NCBI GenBank assembly: GCA_050633305.1 | Contig: JBOEGF010000032.1 | Location: 224,001 to 288,000 of the forward strand | DNA: 64,000 bases | Direction of reading: 5' to 3' | Source: Nannocystales bacterium | Lineage (GTDB): Bacteria > Myxococcota_A > Polyangia > Nannocystales > Nannocystaceae | In this document: in pieces, positions 10,330-22,627 of the stretch | Layout: every line of letters starts with the position of its first letter | How positions within the stretch are numbered: position 1 is the stretch's first letter | Made by a program: the position numbers and the translations under genes | Notes under the pieces: generated by a model | What the model was told of the DNA's origin: nothing | Database searches by the model: none | What the model saw: the letters and a program-made list of their open reading frames with translations, nothing else

Positions 10330-11694
10330 TCAGCGACGACCGCCGCTGGCGGCATCGGAGTTTCCGCGCGTCGACCGGGTGACCGCGCCCTGGCCACCGC
10401 CGCCAACCTCTTGCCCGCCGCGGGCTGTGCCGGCTCCGATTCGGTAGGCGACGTACAGCCAGGCTTCGGACTGGCCTAGGGAGAAGTCCTCCGCTGCGAG
10501 GTGGGGGGCGCGGGCCGTCGCCAGCAGTCCGAACTCGAACTGCTGCTCGTCCGAGATCTGGTACGTGACCGGGAGCGCGACCCGGAACTGGCTCTCCGTG
10601 ACCGGCCGAGTCGATTCCCCGTCCAAGCTCTCCCGCGGCGCTCGTGGATCCCGGGTGGCGTTGGTGATCGCCCCGACCATCCCGCGAATGGACCAACGCG
10701 GAGGCAGGGACACCTGGACCGATGCGTTGAGCGTCGCACGCGGGCTGAGGTCGATCTGAACGCGATCGAAGTAGGGGGTGAGACCAGCCGAGAGCGTCGC
10801 GTCCACGCTGTGGCTCGCGCTGCGAACGAGCCCGCCGGTCACCGATGCCAAAGCGACGGGCAGCACGGGCACGTCGTCGGTTCGAGTGTTGCCGAGCCCG
10901 GCCGATCCGAACACGCCCGCGCCCACCGTCGATTGCAGCGACGGACGGATGTCGCGGCGCCACTGTCCCACCGCTTGCGCGGTCATGAACTGCGTGTCGC
11001 CAGAGTTGTAGTCGAAGTAACCCGGGGTGACCTCGACCTCCACGGAGTCGGCTTGCGAGACTCGAGTGTCGAGCGACACCGCTCCATTGATGCTGAGCTG
11101 CTCGGGAATTCCTGCCGAGGACAACTGCTGGCTGTCGTCAGTGACCTCGGGGATGCCCAAGGGTGTCCGGTAGACGATGTCCGTTCGAAGCCCCAGCGTG
11201 TGGCGGCGGGTGAGTCGGCCCTCAGCGCTCAGGCCCGCCGAGCCCACCGCGATCTGAAGGACCGATGCCTCTGTCCGTGAGACGTTCGGAGCATCGGCTC
11301 CGTCGCCGATGATCTCCGGTGCCGCGTTGTACCCGACCTCCCCGACGCTGCCGCCGAGGTTCACGCCCAACGTCCAGCGAGCGTCCACAGGCTGCCGCAC
11401 GGTTGCGTACGCTTGATGCAGAAGCAACGGGAGGTCGGCATCGAGCAGGTTGGGTTCACGATGCTGAACCCGAGGCGTGTAGCCGAGATTGAACAAGGTT
11501 CCACGGCGGGACTCGACCTCCATGTCGACGTCGGGAGTCAGAATCACAAGGACCGTCGGGACCGCCGACTCTTGGGGGGCGGGTGGCGCCCAACCACCGC
11601 GAACCTCGATCGCCGCACCACCAGACACATCCACACGGGACGCGGCGGGGTCCGCTGCGAACCACAGCGCGGCGAGAAGGCTCAACGAACTCAT
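10330..11694 (-). CDS. Outer-membrane beta-barrel for polysaccharide export (EpsX/Wzp-like)
   Basis: Signal peptide and alternating amphipathic beta-strand pattern; lies directly downstream of the short OPX gene. Confidence 0.65.
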   Translation of the reverse strand: MSSLSLLAALWFAADPAASRVDVSGGAAIEVRGGWAPPAPQESAVPTVLVILTPDVDMEVESRRGTLFNLGYTPRVQHREPNLLDADLPLLLHQAYATVRQPVDARWTLGVNLGGSVGEVGYNAAPEIIGDGADAPNVSRTEASVLQIAVGSAGLSAEGRLTRRHTLGLRTDIVYRTPLGIPEVTDDSQQLSSAGIPEQLSINGAVSLDTRVSQADSVEVEVTPGYFDYNSGDTQFMTAQAVGQWRRDIRPSLQSTVGAGVFGSAGLGNTRTDDVPVLPVALASVTGGLVRSASHSVDATLSAGLTPYFDRVQIDLSPRATLNASVQVSLPPRWSIRGMVGAITNATRDPRAPRESLDGESTRPVTESQFRVALPVTYQISDEQQFEFGLLATARAPHLAAEDFSLGQSEAWLYVAYRIGAGTARGGQEVGGGGQGAVTRSTRGNSDAASGGRR

Positions 11695-11704
11695 CGGGGT
11701 CGAC

Positions 11705-12325
11705 CTACTCGACTACGAGGACATCGCCGTCACGCAACACGATCTTGCTCGGGCATTCCACGCCGCCAGCGAGGTCGTAGTAGTTGAACCGCACCCGGAC
11801 CCGCTGCGGGTACTTGCGCACGAGGTAGATGCTCTTCACGTCGGCGAACTCGGTCAGGCCACCGGCGAGGGCGAGGGCCGCGAGCAGCCCCTCTTCGTGC
11901 TCCATCGGGAACCGACCCGGGCTGCGAACTTCTCCGACCACCGACACATACGGAAAACGCTGGTTGACGACCGAGATGTTCGCGTCCGGGTTGACGACAA
12001 TGCCGTTGAGACGTGCGTTGAGTTTTCGCTCCGCCGCCTCGAGCGTCAGGTCGGCGACCTCGAGCGCACCGACGAGGGGCAGAATCACGCTTCCATCGGC
12101 GGTGACCGTGTAGGGATCCCGCGCCTGCAATTCTTCCATGCGCGGAACCGTGACCACCACCTGGTCGCCTGCGCGCAGCGGTGTATCGCCCACCGACACG
12201 TCGGCATCCGGGACGTCTTTGCACTGCACGTACGGATGTTGCGGCTTGCAGCCGGACAGGGCCAGGACGCCAGCGATGGCGAGAATCATCGTTCCAAGGG
12301 GTCGCGTGCCCACGAGCGCCATCAT
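11705..12325 (-). CDS. Short OPX polysaccharide export lipoprotein (Poly_export + SLBB; EpsY/Wza-like)
   Basis: Lipobox LSGC; motifs GDQVVVTV, DGSVILPLVG, VVGEVRSPG, ALALAGGLTEFA, LRDGDVLVV. No C-terminal helical outer-membrane-spanning domain. Confidence 0.9.
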   Translation of the reverse strand: MMALVGTRPLGTMILAIAGVLALSGCKPQHPYVQCKDVPDADVSVGDTPLRAGDQVVVTVPRMEELQARDPYTVTADGSVILPLVGALEVADLTLEAAERKLNARLNGIVVNPDANISVVNQRFPYVSVVGEVRSPGRFPMEHEEGLLAALALAGGLTEFADVKSIYLVRKYPQRVRVRFNYYDLAGGVECPSKIVLRDGDVLVVE

Positions 12326-12498
12326 CGACCCGAGGCGACCCAAGCGCAACCTGGTGGGAGACGAGGACACTCGCGCCCTGCAATTGTCCAGGATCGCGCC
12401 ATCGGGGCCATCCCCTGGCCCGTCCTAACACCTCGGGTTCGCCATGAAACCGTGGCCATCGGTACATCTGACGGTATGCTTGTATGGAGGGACCCACG

Positions 12499-12858
12499 AT
12501 GGACGAGACCGCCAACGACACGAGCGCCGCAGAGCGCCGCGAATTCCCGCGGATCCAGGCGCCCATCTACTGCAGGCCGGCACACCGCCGCTTGCGGCGT
12601 CGCAAGGTGGTCGACGTAGGGCTCGGAGGCATGCGGGTCTACAGCGACGAACCGTTCGCCATCGGCGCTCGGTTCGAAGTCGAGCTGTTCATGTCCGACG
12701 GGGACAGTGTCAATTGCCTCACCGAGGTCATGTGGACCCGGCCGATCCCCGGTGGCCAGCCCGCCCCCTTCGATGTCGGCCTGAAGTTCCTCCACGTCCC
12801 CGAAGCTGGGTACGCGAAGCTGACGGCCCTGCTCGAAGTCTCAGGCGACCGCAGCTAG
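12499..12858 (+). CDS. Stand-alone PilZ domain protein
   Basis: RREFPR (RxxxR) and DVGLGG (DxSxxG variant); EVMW...GLKF; GGAGGG RBS upstream of ATG 12499. Confidence 0.85.
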   Translation: MDETANDTSAAERREFPRIQAPIYCRPAHRRLRRRKVVDVGLGGMRVYSDEPFAIGARFEVELFMSDGDSVNCLTEVMWTRPIPGGQPAPFDVGLKFLHVPEAGYAKLTALLEVSGDRS

Positions 12859-12913
12859 ACAAACCCCGCCCCGTCGCCCGTCCCTCCTGAGGGGGCTCAG
12901 GGCGAAGCCAGCG

Positions 12914-13750
12914 CTACGACGTGAGCTGATCCAGCACCGCCGCAACGTTGTCGCGCCAGTGTGGCATCGGACCCAACAACGCCTCGGTCGGCGCGAGATC
13001 CAGGACCGAGTACGCCGGCCGCACCGCAGGCCTTGGAAAGGCCTCGGACGAACAGGGCTGGACGTCGCAGTCGGGGTTCACGGTGGCAATCACCGCCGCC
13101 GCAAACTCATGCCACGTGCACTCGCCACCATCGGTGACATGCAGCGTTCCCCGAGCACCCGCCTCGAGCAGGCCCAGCGACGCGGACGCAAGATGCTGCG
13201 CGCTGGTGGGTCGCCCTCGCTGGTCGTCGACGACCTGAAGGGTGTCCCGCTCGGCACCCAACTTGCGCATCGTGAGTACGAAGTTCTTTCCCCAGGGCGC
13301 ATACAGCCAGCTCGTGCGCAAGATGAGGTGCTCGGCATTCGACGCCCGGATGAGCGTCTCGCCATGCGCCTTGCCCCGACCGTATGCGTTGACCGGGTCG
13401 TGCGCGCCATCCGTCGGGTATGGGACGGTCGCATCGCCAGCAAAGACGTAGTCGGTGCTGTAGTGCACGAGCACGCTGCCTGCCTCCGCACAACAGGCCG
13501 CCAGCCGCCCGACCGCATCGCCGTTGAGCGCAGTGGCCTGCGCCTCTTGGGCCTCGGCACCATCGACGTCGGTCCAGGCAGCGCAGTTGATCACACGGCC
13601 GTACCCGCCCTCTGAAACGCGGGCCAGCGACGCCTCGGACGTGAGGTCGAAGTCTGGGAACGAGACCGACTCGAAGGGCAGCCCCTTCTCCTCGAGCAGG
13701 TTCTTCCACGCCTGGCCCAGCATCCCATCGGGGCTGATCAGTAGGTCCAT
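12914..13750 (-). CDS. rmlD: dTDP-4-dehydrorhamnose reductase
   Basis: GMLG, INCAAWTDVDGAE, STDYVF, YGRGK, VVDDQRGRPT, RPAYSVL. Confidence 0.95.
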   Translation of the reverse strand: MDLLISPDGMLGQAWKNLLEEKGLPFESVSFPDFDLTSEASLARVSEGGYGRVINCAAWTDVDGAEAQEAQATALNGDAVGRLAACCAEAGSVLVHYSTDYVFAGDATVPYPTDGAHDPVNAYGRGKAHGETLIRASNAEHLILRTSWLYAPWGKNFVLTMRKLGAERDTLQVVDDQRGRPTSAQHLASASLGLLEAGARGTLHVTDGGECTWHEFAAAVIATVNPDCDVQPCSSEAFPRPAVRPAYSVLDLAPTEALLGPMPHWRDNVAAVLDQLTS

Positions 13751-13751
13751 C

Positions 13752-14321
13752 TCAGCCGACCTCCGGCTCGGAAAACGGTGGAAGCGTGTCGGGGGGGATC
13801 GCAGAGAGTCGCGGATACACTTTGTCTTTCTCCGAGAGGGAGGGCTCCGCGACGGGCCATTCGATGCCGACCTCGGGGTCGTTCCACAACACCCCGTGTT
13901 CGCACTCCGGGTGGTATCCGTCGGTGCACTTGTACGAGAACAGCGCTTCGTCGGAGGTCACGCAAAAGCCGTGAGCAAACCCGGGGGGAACGTAGAACTG
14001 GCGGTGGTTGTCGGCGGAAAGCGTCACCCCGACCCATTGCCCGAACGTCGGGGATCCGCGCCGAACATCGACTGCGACGTCGAACACCTCGCCTTGCAGC
14101 ACTTGAACGAGCTTTCCTTGCCCGTGGGGATGCTGCAGATGCAACCCGCGCAGCACCCCTCGCGACGACTTGGAGAGGTTGTCCTGAACGAACGGAGCGG
14201 CGATGCCAGCCTCCGCGTACCGCTGTGTCGAGTATGTCTCCTTGAAGAAGCCGCGGCTGTCCCCGAACACCCGGGGTTCGATGATCACGAGCCCGGGGAT
14301 CTTGGTGGTCTCGACCTTCAC
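13752..14321 (-). CDS. rmlC: dTDP-4-dehydrorhamnose 3,5-epimerase
   Basis: [46 protein letters not shown]. Confidence 0.97.
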   Translation of the reverse strand: MKVETTKIPGLVIIEPRVFGDSRGFFKETYSTQRYAEAGIAAPFVQDNLSKSSRGVLRGLHLQHPHGQGKLVQVLQGEVFDVAVDVRRGSPTFGQWVGVTLSADNHRQFYVPPGFAHGFCVTSDEALFSYKCTDGYHPECEHGVLWNDPEVGIEWPVAEPSLSEKDKVYPRLSAIPPDTLPPFSEPEVG

Positions 14322-15217
14322 CGAAGTGACTCCGAGGCGTTGGCCAACCGCGCAAGGTACTGGCCGTACTCGGTCTTCTTGAGCGGGTCAGCCAACGCTG
14401 CGAGGGCCTCCGTGTCGATCCAGCCCGCGCGGTACGAGATTTCCTCGGGGCATGCGATCTGCAGCCCCTGGCGTTGCTCGATCGTCTGGATGAAGTTGGC
14501 CGCCTGCATGAGCGCGTCGGGGTTGCCAGTGTCGAGCCACGCGAACCCGCGGCCGAGTCGCTCGACCCGCAGCTTGTCCTGCTCGAGGTACCGACGGTTG
14601 AGGTCAGTGATCTCCAGCTCCCCACGAGGCGAGGGTTTGAGCGATGCCGCGAGGTCGCAGACCTGGTTGTCGTAGAAGTACAAGCCGGTGACGGCCCAGT
14701 TGGACTTGGGCTTGGCCGGTTTCTCCTCGAGGCTGAGGCAGCGCCCTTCCCCGTCGATTTCCGCCACGCCGTAGGCTTGTGGTTCCTTGACCCAGTAGCC
14801 AAACACCGTGGCACCCTCCTGAGTCGAGGCCGCCTTGCCCAGCAGCTCGGGCAGGCTCGCGCCGTAGAAGATGTTGTCGCCCAGGACCAGGCAGCACCCT
14901 TCGTCGCCAACGAAGTCCTTGCCGATGATGAACGCCTGCGCGAGCCCGTCGGGGCTGGGCTGAACGGCCCACTGGATGTTCATGCCCCACTGGCTTCCGT
15001 CGCCAAGCAGCCGCTGGAACATCTCTTGCTCGTGCGGAGTCGTGATGATCAGGACGTCCCGAATCCCCGACAGCATCAGCGTCGAGAGCGGGTAGTAGAT
15101 CATCGGCTTGTCGTACACCGGCATCAGCTGCTTGCTGACGCCCTTGGTGAGCGGATGCAACCGGGTTCCCGACCCGCCTGCGAGGATGATGCCCTTTGTG
15201 ATTCCAGTGCTGCTCAT
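14318..15217 (-). CDS. rmlA: Glucose-1-phosphate thymidylyltransferase
   Basis: [47 protein letters not shown]. Confidence 0.97.
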   Translation of the reverse strand: MSSTGITKGIILAGGSGTRLHPLTKGVSKQLMPVYDKPMIYYPLSTLMLSGIRDVLIITTPHEQEMFQRLLGDGSQWGMNIQWAVQPSPDGLAQAFIIGKDFVGDEGCCLVLGDNIFYGASLPELLGKAASTQEGATVFGYWVKEPQAYGVAEIDGEGRCLSLEEKPAKPKSNWAVTGLYFYDNQVCDLAASLKPSPRGELEITDLNRRYLEQDKLRVERLGRGFAWLDTGNPDALMQAANFIQTIEQRQGLQIACPEEISYRAGWIDTEALAALADPLKKTEYGQYLARLANASESLR

Positions 15218-15275
15218 CGATTCGCTTCAACTGTTCGTCGGTTGACTGTCGGTCGGGCCGCGCGAGGCGGCCGGC

Positions 15276-16325
15276 CTAGTCGGCGCGGTTGGTGTAGTTC
15301 TTCTCGATCCAGTTGCGGTACTCGCCGCTGCGCACCTGCCCAATCCATTCGGGATTGTCGAGGTACCAGTGGACCGTCTTGCGGAATCCGGTCTCGAACG
15401 TCTCGGCCGGAGACCAGCTCAACTCGGTCTCGATCTTGGTGGCATCGATCGCGTAGCGAAGGTCGTGCCCGGGTCGGTCCTTGACGTAGGTGATCAGCGA
15501 CTCGAGTTCGCGGGTCGGCTTGCCTTGGCGCTCGGCGACCAGCTTGCAGATGATCTTCACCACGTCGATGTTGCGGACCTCGTTGTTCCCACCGATGTTG
15601 TACGTGTCGCCGACCTTGCCCTCGTTGACCACTTTCCAGATGGCTTCGCAGTGGTCGGTCACGTACAGCCAGTCGCGCACGTTGAGCCCCTCGCCATACA
15701 CCGGAAGCGGCTTGCCCTCGGCCGCGTTGAGCGTGATCACTGGGATGAGCTTCTCGGGGAACTGCAGCGGACCGTAGTTGTTGGAGCAGTTCGTGATCTT
15801 GACCGGGAGGCCATAGGTGCGGTGGTACGCACGCACCAGGTGATCGCTGGATGCTTTCGAGGCCGAGTACGGGCTCGAGGGGTCGTAACGGGTGTCCTCG
15901 ACGAACATCCCAGTCTCCCCCAGGGAACCGTAGACCTCGTCGGTGCTGACGTGATGGAACAGCCCGTTGTCCTTGCCCCACCGTTTGCGAGCCTCTTCCA
16001 GCAGGTTGAACGTGCCGATGATGTTGCTCTCGATGAAGGCGCGCGGGCCCTCGATCGACCGGTCGACATGGCTCTCGGCAGCGAAGTGCACGACCGCGTC
16101 GGGCTTGTGCTCCTCGAACGCTTCGGCGACGGCCTTCGCGTCCGCGATGTCGAGCTGGACGAAGCTGTAGTTCGCGGCGTCCGCGATACCCGCAAGGCTC
16201 CCGAGGTTGGCCGCGTACGTCAGCTTGTCGGCGTTGATGAAATGATGCTCGCCGTGCCGCGGCACGAGGAGATTGAGGAAGTTGGCGCCGATAAATCCCG
16301 CGCCTCCAGTGACCATGATCCGCAT
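15276..16325 (-). CDS. rmlB: dTDP-glucose 4,6-dehydratase
   Basis: [50 protein letters not shown]. Confidence 0.97.
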   Translation of the reverse strand: MRIMVTGGAGFIGANFLNLLVPRHGEHHFINADKLTYAANLGSLAGIADAANYSFVQLDIADAKAVAEAFEEHKPDAVVHFAAESHVDRSIEGPRAFIESNIIGTFNLLEEARKRWGKDNGLFHHVSTDEVYGSLGETGMFVEDTRYDPSSPYSASKASSDHLVRAYHRTYGLPVKITNCSNNYGPLQFPEKLIPVITLNAAEGKPLPVYGEGLNVRDWLYVTDHCEAIWKVVNEGKVGDTYNIGGNNEVRNIDVVKIICKLVAERQGKPTRELESLITYVKDRPGHDLRYAIDATKIETELSWSPAETFETGFRKTVHWYLDNPEWIGQVRSGEYRNWIEKNYTNRAD

Positions 16326-16415
16326 TGATTCGTTCCTCGCACCGTCGTTCTAACCGTCCGAGGGCGTCCTTCGCAATGGCCGTCGGCGTGATGCGGCGCC
16401 GACGTCACGGCGATT

Positions 16416-18377
16416 TCACAGCAGGTCCAAGAACGCAGCGAGCACGTCTTGGTCTTCGGAAGAGAGCGACTCGCCACCTTCGCCCCCGTGCACGCCATCC
16501 GTCCCCACACGAACCGCCGCGAGCACGTCCTGCACGTCCGAAGCACCACCTTGGGTGAGGTACGGCCGCTTCACCCACAAGCGCCGCAAGGACGGCACCC
16601 GAGCGCCATCCTCGTGCACGTAGGGCTGCACGCCGGTGCGGTACCGGTCCTCAGATGCCCACAACAACGTCCCTCCTCCGAAGATGTCGGACTCCCAGGC
16701 CGCCGCCGAGACCCGAGAGCCGGGGTCGTCCGCCACGGTTCGTGCTTGGTGGCAGGCCTCGCACAACGCCTCGAAGCGCGACGCGCCGCGGCGTTCCAGG
16801 GGTGTGAACGCGCTGCGCCCCTGCGCCGCGGGGTTGGGCTCGGGCGTGAAGGCGGCGAGAAACTCCAACACCGCCGCGCGCAGCTGCGCGGGATCATACC
16901 GCGGCGCCTGGGTCAGGGTCGCCAGCCACGGGAATTCAGCAGTCTCTAGTGCGAACCACGGATCCTGCGGCGTGTTGGCGTTGGCCACCCGGAACTCGTT
17001 GTGAATCATCCCGGTCGTCGTGCGATCGAGGGCGCGCGAGAAATGCGGTTGATTGCCCACCAATCCGCGAAGAGTCTTCGTGGTGGCATAGACCTCCCCA
17101 CGCCCCGTGAAGTGCACCCGGCCATCCACCGTTCCTTCGAAGTGGCAGGTCTCGCAGGTGAAGCGGCTGCCAGGACCGTCAGAGCTCGCCTGCGGGGCCA
17201 TCAACGTCGTGAACACGAGCGCCTCGCCGAGGCGAACGGCTTCCGTCCGCGGGTCGTGGGGACCGACGGGGAGTCCCGTCGCGTGCCGCTGGGCGTCGAG
17301 GTGGACCCATTGGTCCAAGAGAGGATCGGCGGCCAGGACCTCGGCGCCTCGCATCGAAAACGCGGTGAGCCCCGCCGGCACCGTCCACGTCTCCACCGCG
17401 GGCTCGTCTCCACCAACCCGCACGGCGGCCATCGAATCGGCCCCGGCCCCTGTCACCCACAGCGTGTCTTCATGCCAGGCGAGGTGCTTGGGGGTGACGA
17501 CCCCGTGCGCACCCACGTTGACCGCCGCAAGTCGGCGCAGCACCCCGTCCTCGAGGCGAACGTGAAACACGAACGAGTCGACGTAGCCGAATCCCCCAGC
17601 GCTGCGATCGAGAGGATGATCCTCCACCCCCGCGAGCCCCAGCTCCAAGGCGCCGGCAACCGTCCTCGGTGCGACCGCCCAGATCGGTCCGTCGTGTTGA
17701 ACCTGAGCCACCGTTCGGAGTTCGCTCGACGAGGACGGCTCGAGGGCAAACACGCGCACCGCGTGCTCGAGCAGGCAGTTGGCGATGATCCACGATCCGT
17801 GTCGCTGAACATCGATGGCCCCCTCGCACCGGATGGGCTCGCCCGTGCTCCCCTCGGGCGAGACGGTCAGGATCTGCCCACGGTGTCGATCGGCCACGAC
17901 CCAGCCGCCCTCGGGTCGAACGACCACCGCGCGGAGTGCCTGGACTCCCTCGACCGGAACTCGCTGCTGCACGACGAACTTCCCATCGACATCGCGGACA
18001 ACCACGACCTCGTTGGACCGCTCACCGACGATGTGCAACGTCTCGCCATCACGGTCCCAACCCACGGCCCCGTCAACGACCGCCAGACGCTCGCGCTCTT
18101 CCCCTTGGGGTCCGAGCCGCACAACCGCGCCGGGTCCGCGGAGCAGGCCCACGAACCCCTCGTCTGCCCAAGGGAGGACGAGGGTCGGGTCCGCGCCAGA
18201 GACCGAAGACCAGGCGGGCTGCGGCTGCGTCCGCAGCTCTCGTTCCCGAGCGCGCACAGGAGCCAATGCCGCCGAGACCGGGTTGTCGGACTCCGAATCA
18301 GCGTCACCGGGCCGGGGCGTGGCCTCGTCGTCACTGCAGGCACACAGGCACAGCACGAACGCGAGAAGCGTCCGCAC
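16416..18377 (-). CDS. Lipoprotein with beta-propeller-like N-terminus and di-heme cytochrome c (bCcP/MauG-superfamily-like) C-terminus
   Basis: Lipobox LCAC; two CxxCH motifs (CETCH, CEACH); CcP/MauG-like segments RLGEALVF, VPSLRRLW..PYL and LAAFL. Confidence 0.7.
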   Translation of the reverse strand: MRTLLAFVLCLCACSDDEATPRPGDADSESDNPVSAALAPVRARERELRTQPQPAWSSVSGADPTLVLPWADEGFVGLLRGPGAVVRLGPQGEERERLAVVDGAVGWDRDGETLHIVGERSNEVVVVRDVDGKFVVQQRVPVEGVQALRAVVVRPEGGWVVADRHRGQILTVSPEGSTGEPIRCEGAIDVQRHGSWIIANCLLEHAVRVFALEPSSSSELRTVAQVQHDGPIWAVAPRTVAGALELGLAGVEDHPLDRSAGGFGYVDSFVFHVRLEDGVLRRLAAVNVGAHGVVTPKHLAWHEDTLWVTGAGADSMAAVRVGGDEPAVETWTVPAGLTAFSMRGAEVLAADPLLDQWVHLDAQRHATGLPVGPHDPRTEAVRLGEALVFTTLMAPQASSDGPGSRFTCETCHFEGTVDGRVHFTGRGEVYATTKTLRGLVGNQPHFSRALDRTTTGMIHNEFRVANANTPQDPWFALETAEFPWLATLTQAPRYDPAQLRAAVLEFLAAFTPEPNPAAQGRSAFTPLERRGASRFEALCEACHQARTVADDPGSRVSAAAWESDIFGGGTLLWASEDRYRTGVQPYVHEDGARVPSLRRLWVKRPYLTQGGASDVQDVLAAVRVGTDGVHGGEGGESLSSEDQDVLAAFLDLL

Positions 18378-18382
18378 GCCGG

Positions 18383-18634
18383 CTACCAGCCGCCTTCGTC
18401 TTTCTTCTCAGCGCCGTCCTTGGCCTCTGGTTTGTCGGCCTTGGCGTCGTCCTTCTTGTCGTCGGCCTTGGCGTCGTCCTTCTTGTCGCCAGCCTTGGCG
18501 TCGTCCTTCTTGTCGCCAGCCTTGGCATCGTCCTTCTTGTCAGCCTTGGCGTCGTCCTTCTTGGCGTCGTCGCACGCGACAACGCCGAGGCACAGAGGGA
18601 GGGCGAGGAGTGTGGTGAGGATGCGGACGTTCAT
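18383..18634 (-). CDS. Small lipoprotein (83 aa) made of KKDDAKA(G)D repeats and ending in GGW
   Basis: Signal peptide with lipobox VVAC; ATG overlaps the upstream kinase stop codon (ATGA); GC-rich third positions. Confidence 0.75.
   Translation of the reverse strand: MNVRILTTLLALPLCLGVVACDDAKKDDAKADKKDDAKAGDKKDDAKAGDKKDDAKADDKKDDAKADKPEAKDGAEKKDEGGW
18432..18570 (-). repeat. 24-27-bp coding tandem repeat (KKDDAKAGD), about 5 copies
   Basis: ccttggcgtcgtccttcttgtc units repeated on the + strand. Confidence 0.85.
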
Positions 18635-20199
18635 GGAACTTCGGGCGCTGCGGGGTCGTCTTCGGAACTCGCCGCCGCAGCCCGAGCCGCGGCGACTGCC
18701 TTGAGCAGCGATGCCGAATCATAGGGTTTGTGCAGCAGCCCGTCGACACCCGCCTCTCGCAACGAACGCTCGCGATCCCCGTCGATGTAGCCCGAGCTGA
18801 TCAGGACCGGAACGTTCGGCGCCAGCGCGTGGAGCCGGTGGAACGCCTGTTCTCCGTCCATCTGCGGCATGTCGAGATCGAGGATGACCAGGTCAACCCG
18901 GTCGGCATTGCTGGAGTAGAGATCCACCGCCTGAGCACCGTCACAGGCTTCGAGGACCTCGAGGCCAGCATGTTGCAAGACCCGCCGAGTCGCGGCCCGT
19001 ATCAGGGACTCGTCGTCGGCCAGCAAGACCACCCCCCGCAGCCGGACCCCCGTCCGGGAGGTATGTCGTGGATCCACCTCGGGTCGGCTGGACCCGCACG
19101 GCATCAGGACCTCGAAGGTGGTCCCGCGGCCGGTCTCACTCTCGATCCGGATGTGCCCTCCGTGATCGCGCACGATCGCATGAACCGTCGCCAACCCGAG
19201 GCCGGTTCCCTTGCCTCGTGGCTTGGTCGTGAAAAACGGCTCGAAGACACGCGCTCGAACCCCGGCGTCCATCCCGACGCCCTCGTCGATCACCCGCAAC
19301 GACGCGACGTCGCCGTGGGTCAGCAGGTCCGTCCCGCCCAAGTCCACCTCTGGGTGGGACGCACGTCGCACCTCGATGCTCAGGCCACCCCCCTCGGGCA
19401 TCGCGTCGCCGGCGTTGATGCACAGGTTCATCAAGATCTGTAGCAGCTGCGAAGGATCACCGACCACCGTGATGTCCTCCTCGACCGCGGTCTCGAGCTC
19501 GATGGAGCGATGAAGGGTTCGGCGCAGCAGTCGCTCAGCATCCACCACAATGCTCGCCAAGGACACCGTCTCGTGGCGACGCTGACCGCTGCGGGCAAAC
19601 GCCAACAGCTGGCGCGTCAGATCCACCGCCCGTCGGGACGCGGTTTCGATATCAGCCAGCGAAGCCCGCAACCGCTCTTCTGTGACCGGGCCCAGCTTCT
19701 GGAGCCCCTGCAGGTGTGTGGTGTTGGCCAAGACCACCCCGAGCAGATTGTTGAAGTCATGGGCGATTCCCCCAGAGAGCTGCCCCAATGCCTGCAGCTT
19801 CTGAGCCTGGATGCGTTGGTCCTCGAACCGGTCCCGGTTCGCGAACAGCAACACCGTCCGTGACCCGACCGCAATCTTATCCCCGAAGTTCAGCGCCGAC
19901 TCTTCGATCCGCTCCCCGTTGACGAAGGTCCCGTTGCGGCTCCCGAGGTCCTCGATCGTGTATCCGCCGTCGGTGCGGCGCACCCGAGCGTGGTGTCGGG
20001 AGACCCCGTCGTCGAGAAGCTCGATCGGCGACCCGGAGCCTCGACCCAGCGTAATCTCGCCCCCGACCACGTACCTGCGACCCGAGGCGTGCCCGACGAG
20101 GACCACCAACTGCGCGTCCTCGACGGACGCGTCTCTCACACGTTCGAGCGCCGGGGTCCGCCGGATTCGAAGGGTCGAGTGGTCGAACGTCTCACCCAC
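18631..20199 (-). CDS. Hybrid histidine kinase: FHA - HisKA - HATPase - receiver
   Basis: FHA (LGRG, VSRHHA, GSRNGTFVNG); H-box GIAHDFNNLL; N-box NLCINAGDAM; FEPFFTTK, GTGLGL; receiver LLADDE, LDLDMP, KP. Start set at GTG 20199 because the track's extension to 20763 overlaps ppk1. Confidence 0.9.
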   Translation of the reverse strand: MGETFDHSTLRIRRTPALERVRDASVEDAQLVVLVGHASGRRYVVGGEITLGRGSGSPIELLDDGVSRHHARVRRTDGGYTIEDLGSRNGTFVNGERIEESALNFGDKIAVGSRTVLLFANRDRFEDQRIQAQKLQALGQLSGGIAHDFNNLLGVVLANTTHLQGLQKLGPVTEERLRASLADIETASRRAVDLTRQLLAFARSGQRRHETVSLASIVVDAERLLRRTLHRSIELETAVEEDITVVGDPSQLLQILMNLCINAGDAMPEGGGLSIEVRRASHPEVDLGGTDLLTHGDVASLRVIDEGVGMDAGVRARVFEPFFTTKPRGKGTGLGLATVHAIVRDHGGHIRIESETGRGTTFEVLMPCGSSRPEVDPRHTSRTGVRLRGVVLLADDESLIRAATRRVLQHAGLEVLEACDGAQAVDLYSSNADRVDLVILDLDMPQMDGEQAFHRLHALAPNVPVLISSGYIDGDRERSLREAGVDGLLHKPYDSASLLKAVAAARAAAASSEDDPAAPEVP

Positions 20200-20347
20200 G
20201 TCCTGAGCATTGTACGCGGCCCCGTAGCCCCCCCGCACCCCCGTTCCATGTCGCCAGCGCTCCGAATCGGGCCGGTTGAAACGCCACAGCCGCACGGCTG
20301 TCGACGCATTCTCGAGGGTCTGCCACACTCCCGGGCCAGACCTCATC

Positions 20348-22623
<2,276 letters not shown>

Positions 22624-22627
<4 letters not shown>

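Noticed and set aside
16347..16376. Sigma70-like promoter TTGCGA-N18-TAGAAC upstream of rmlB (minus strand)
   Set aside because: The match is weak (non-optimal spacer, last T of the -10 missing), so it is not listed as a feature.
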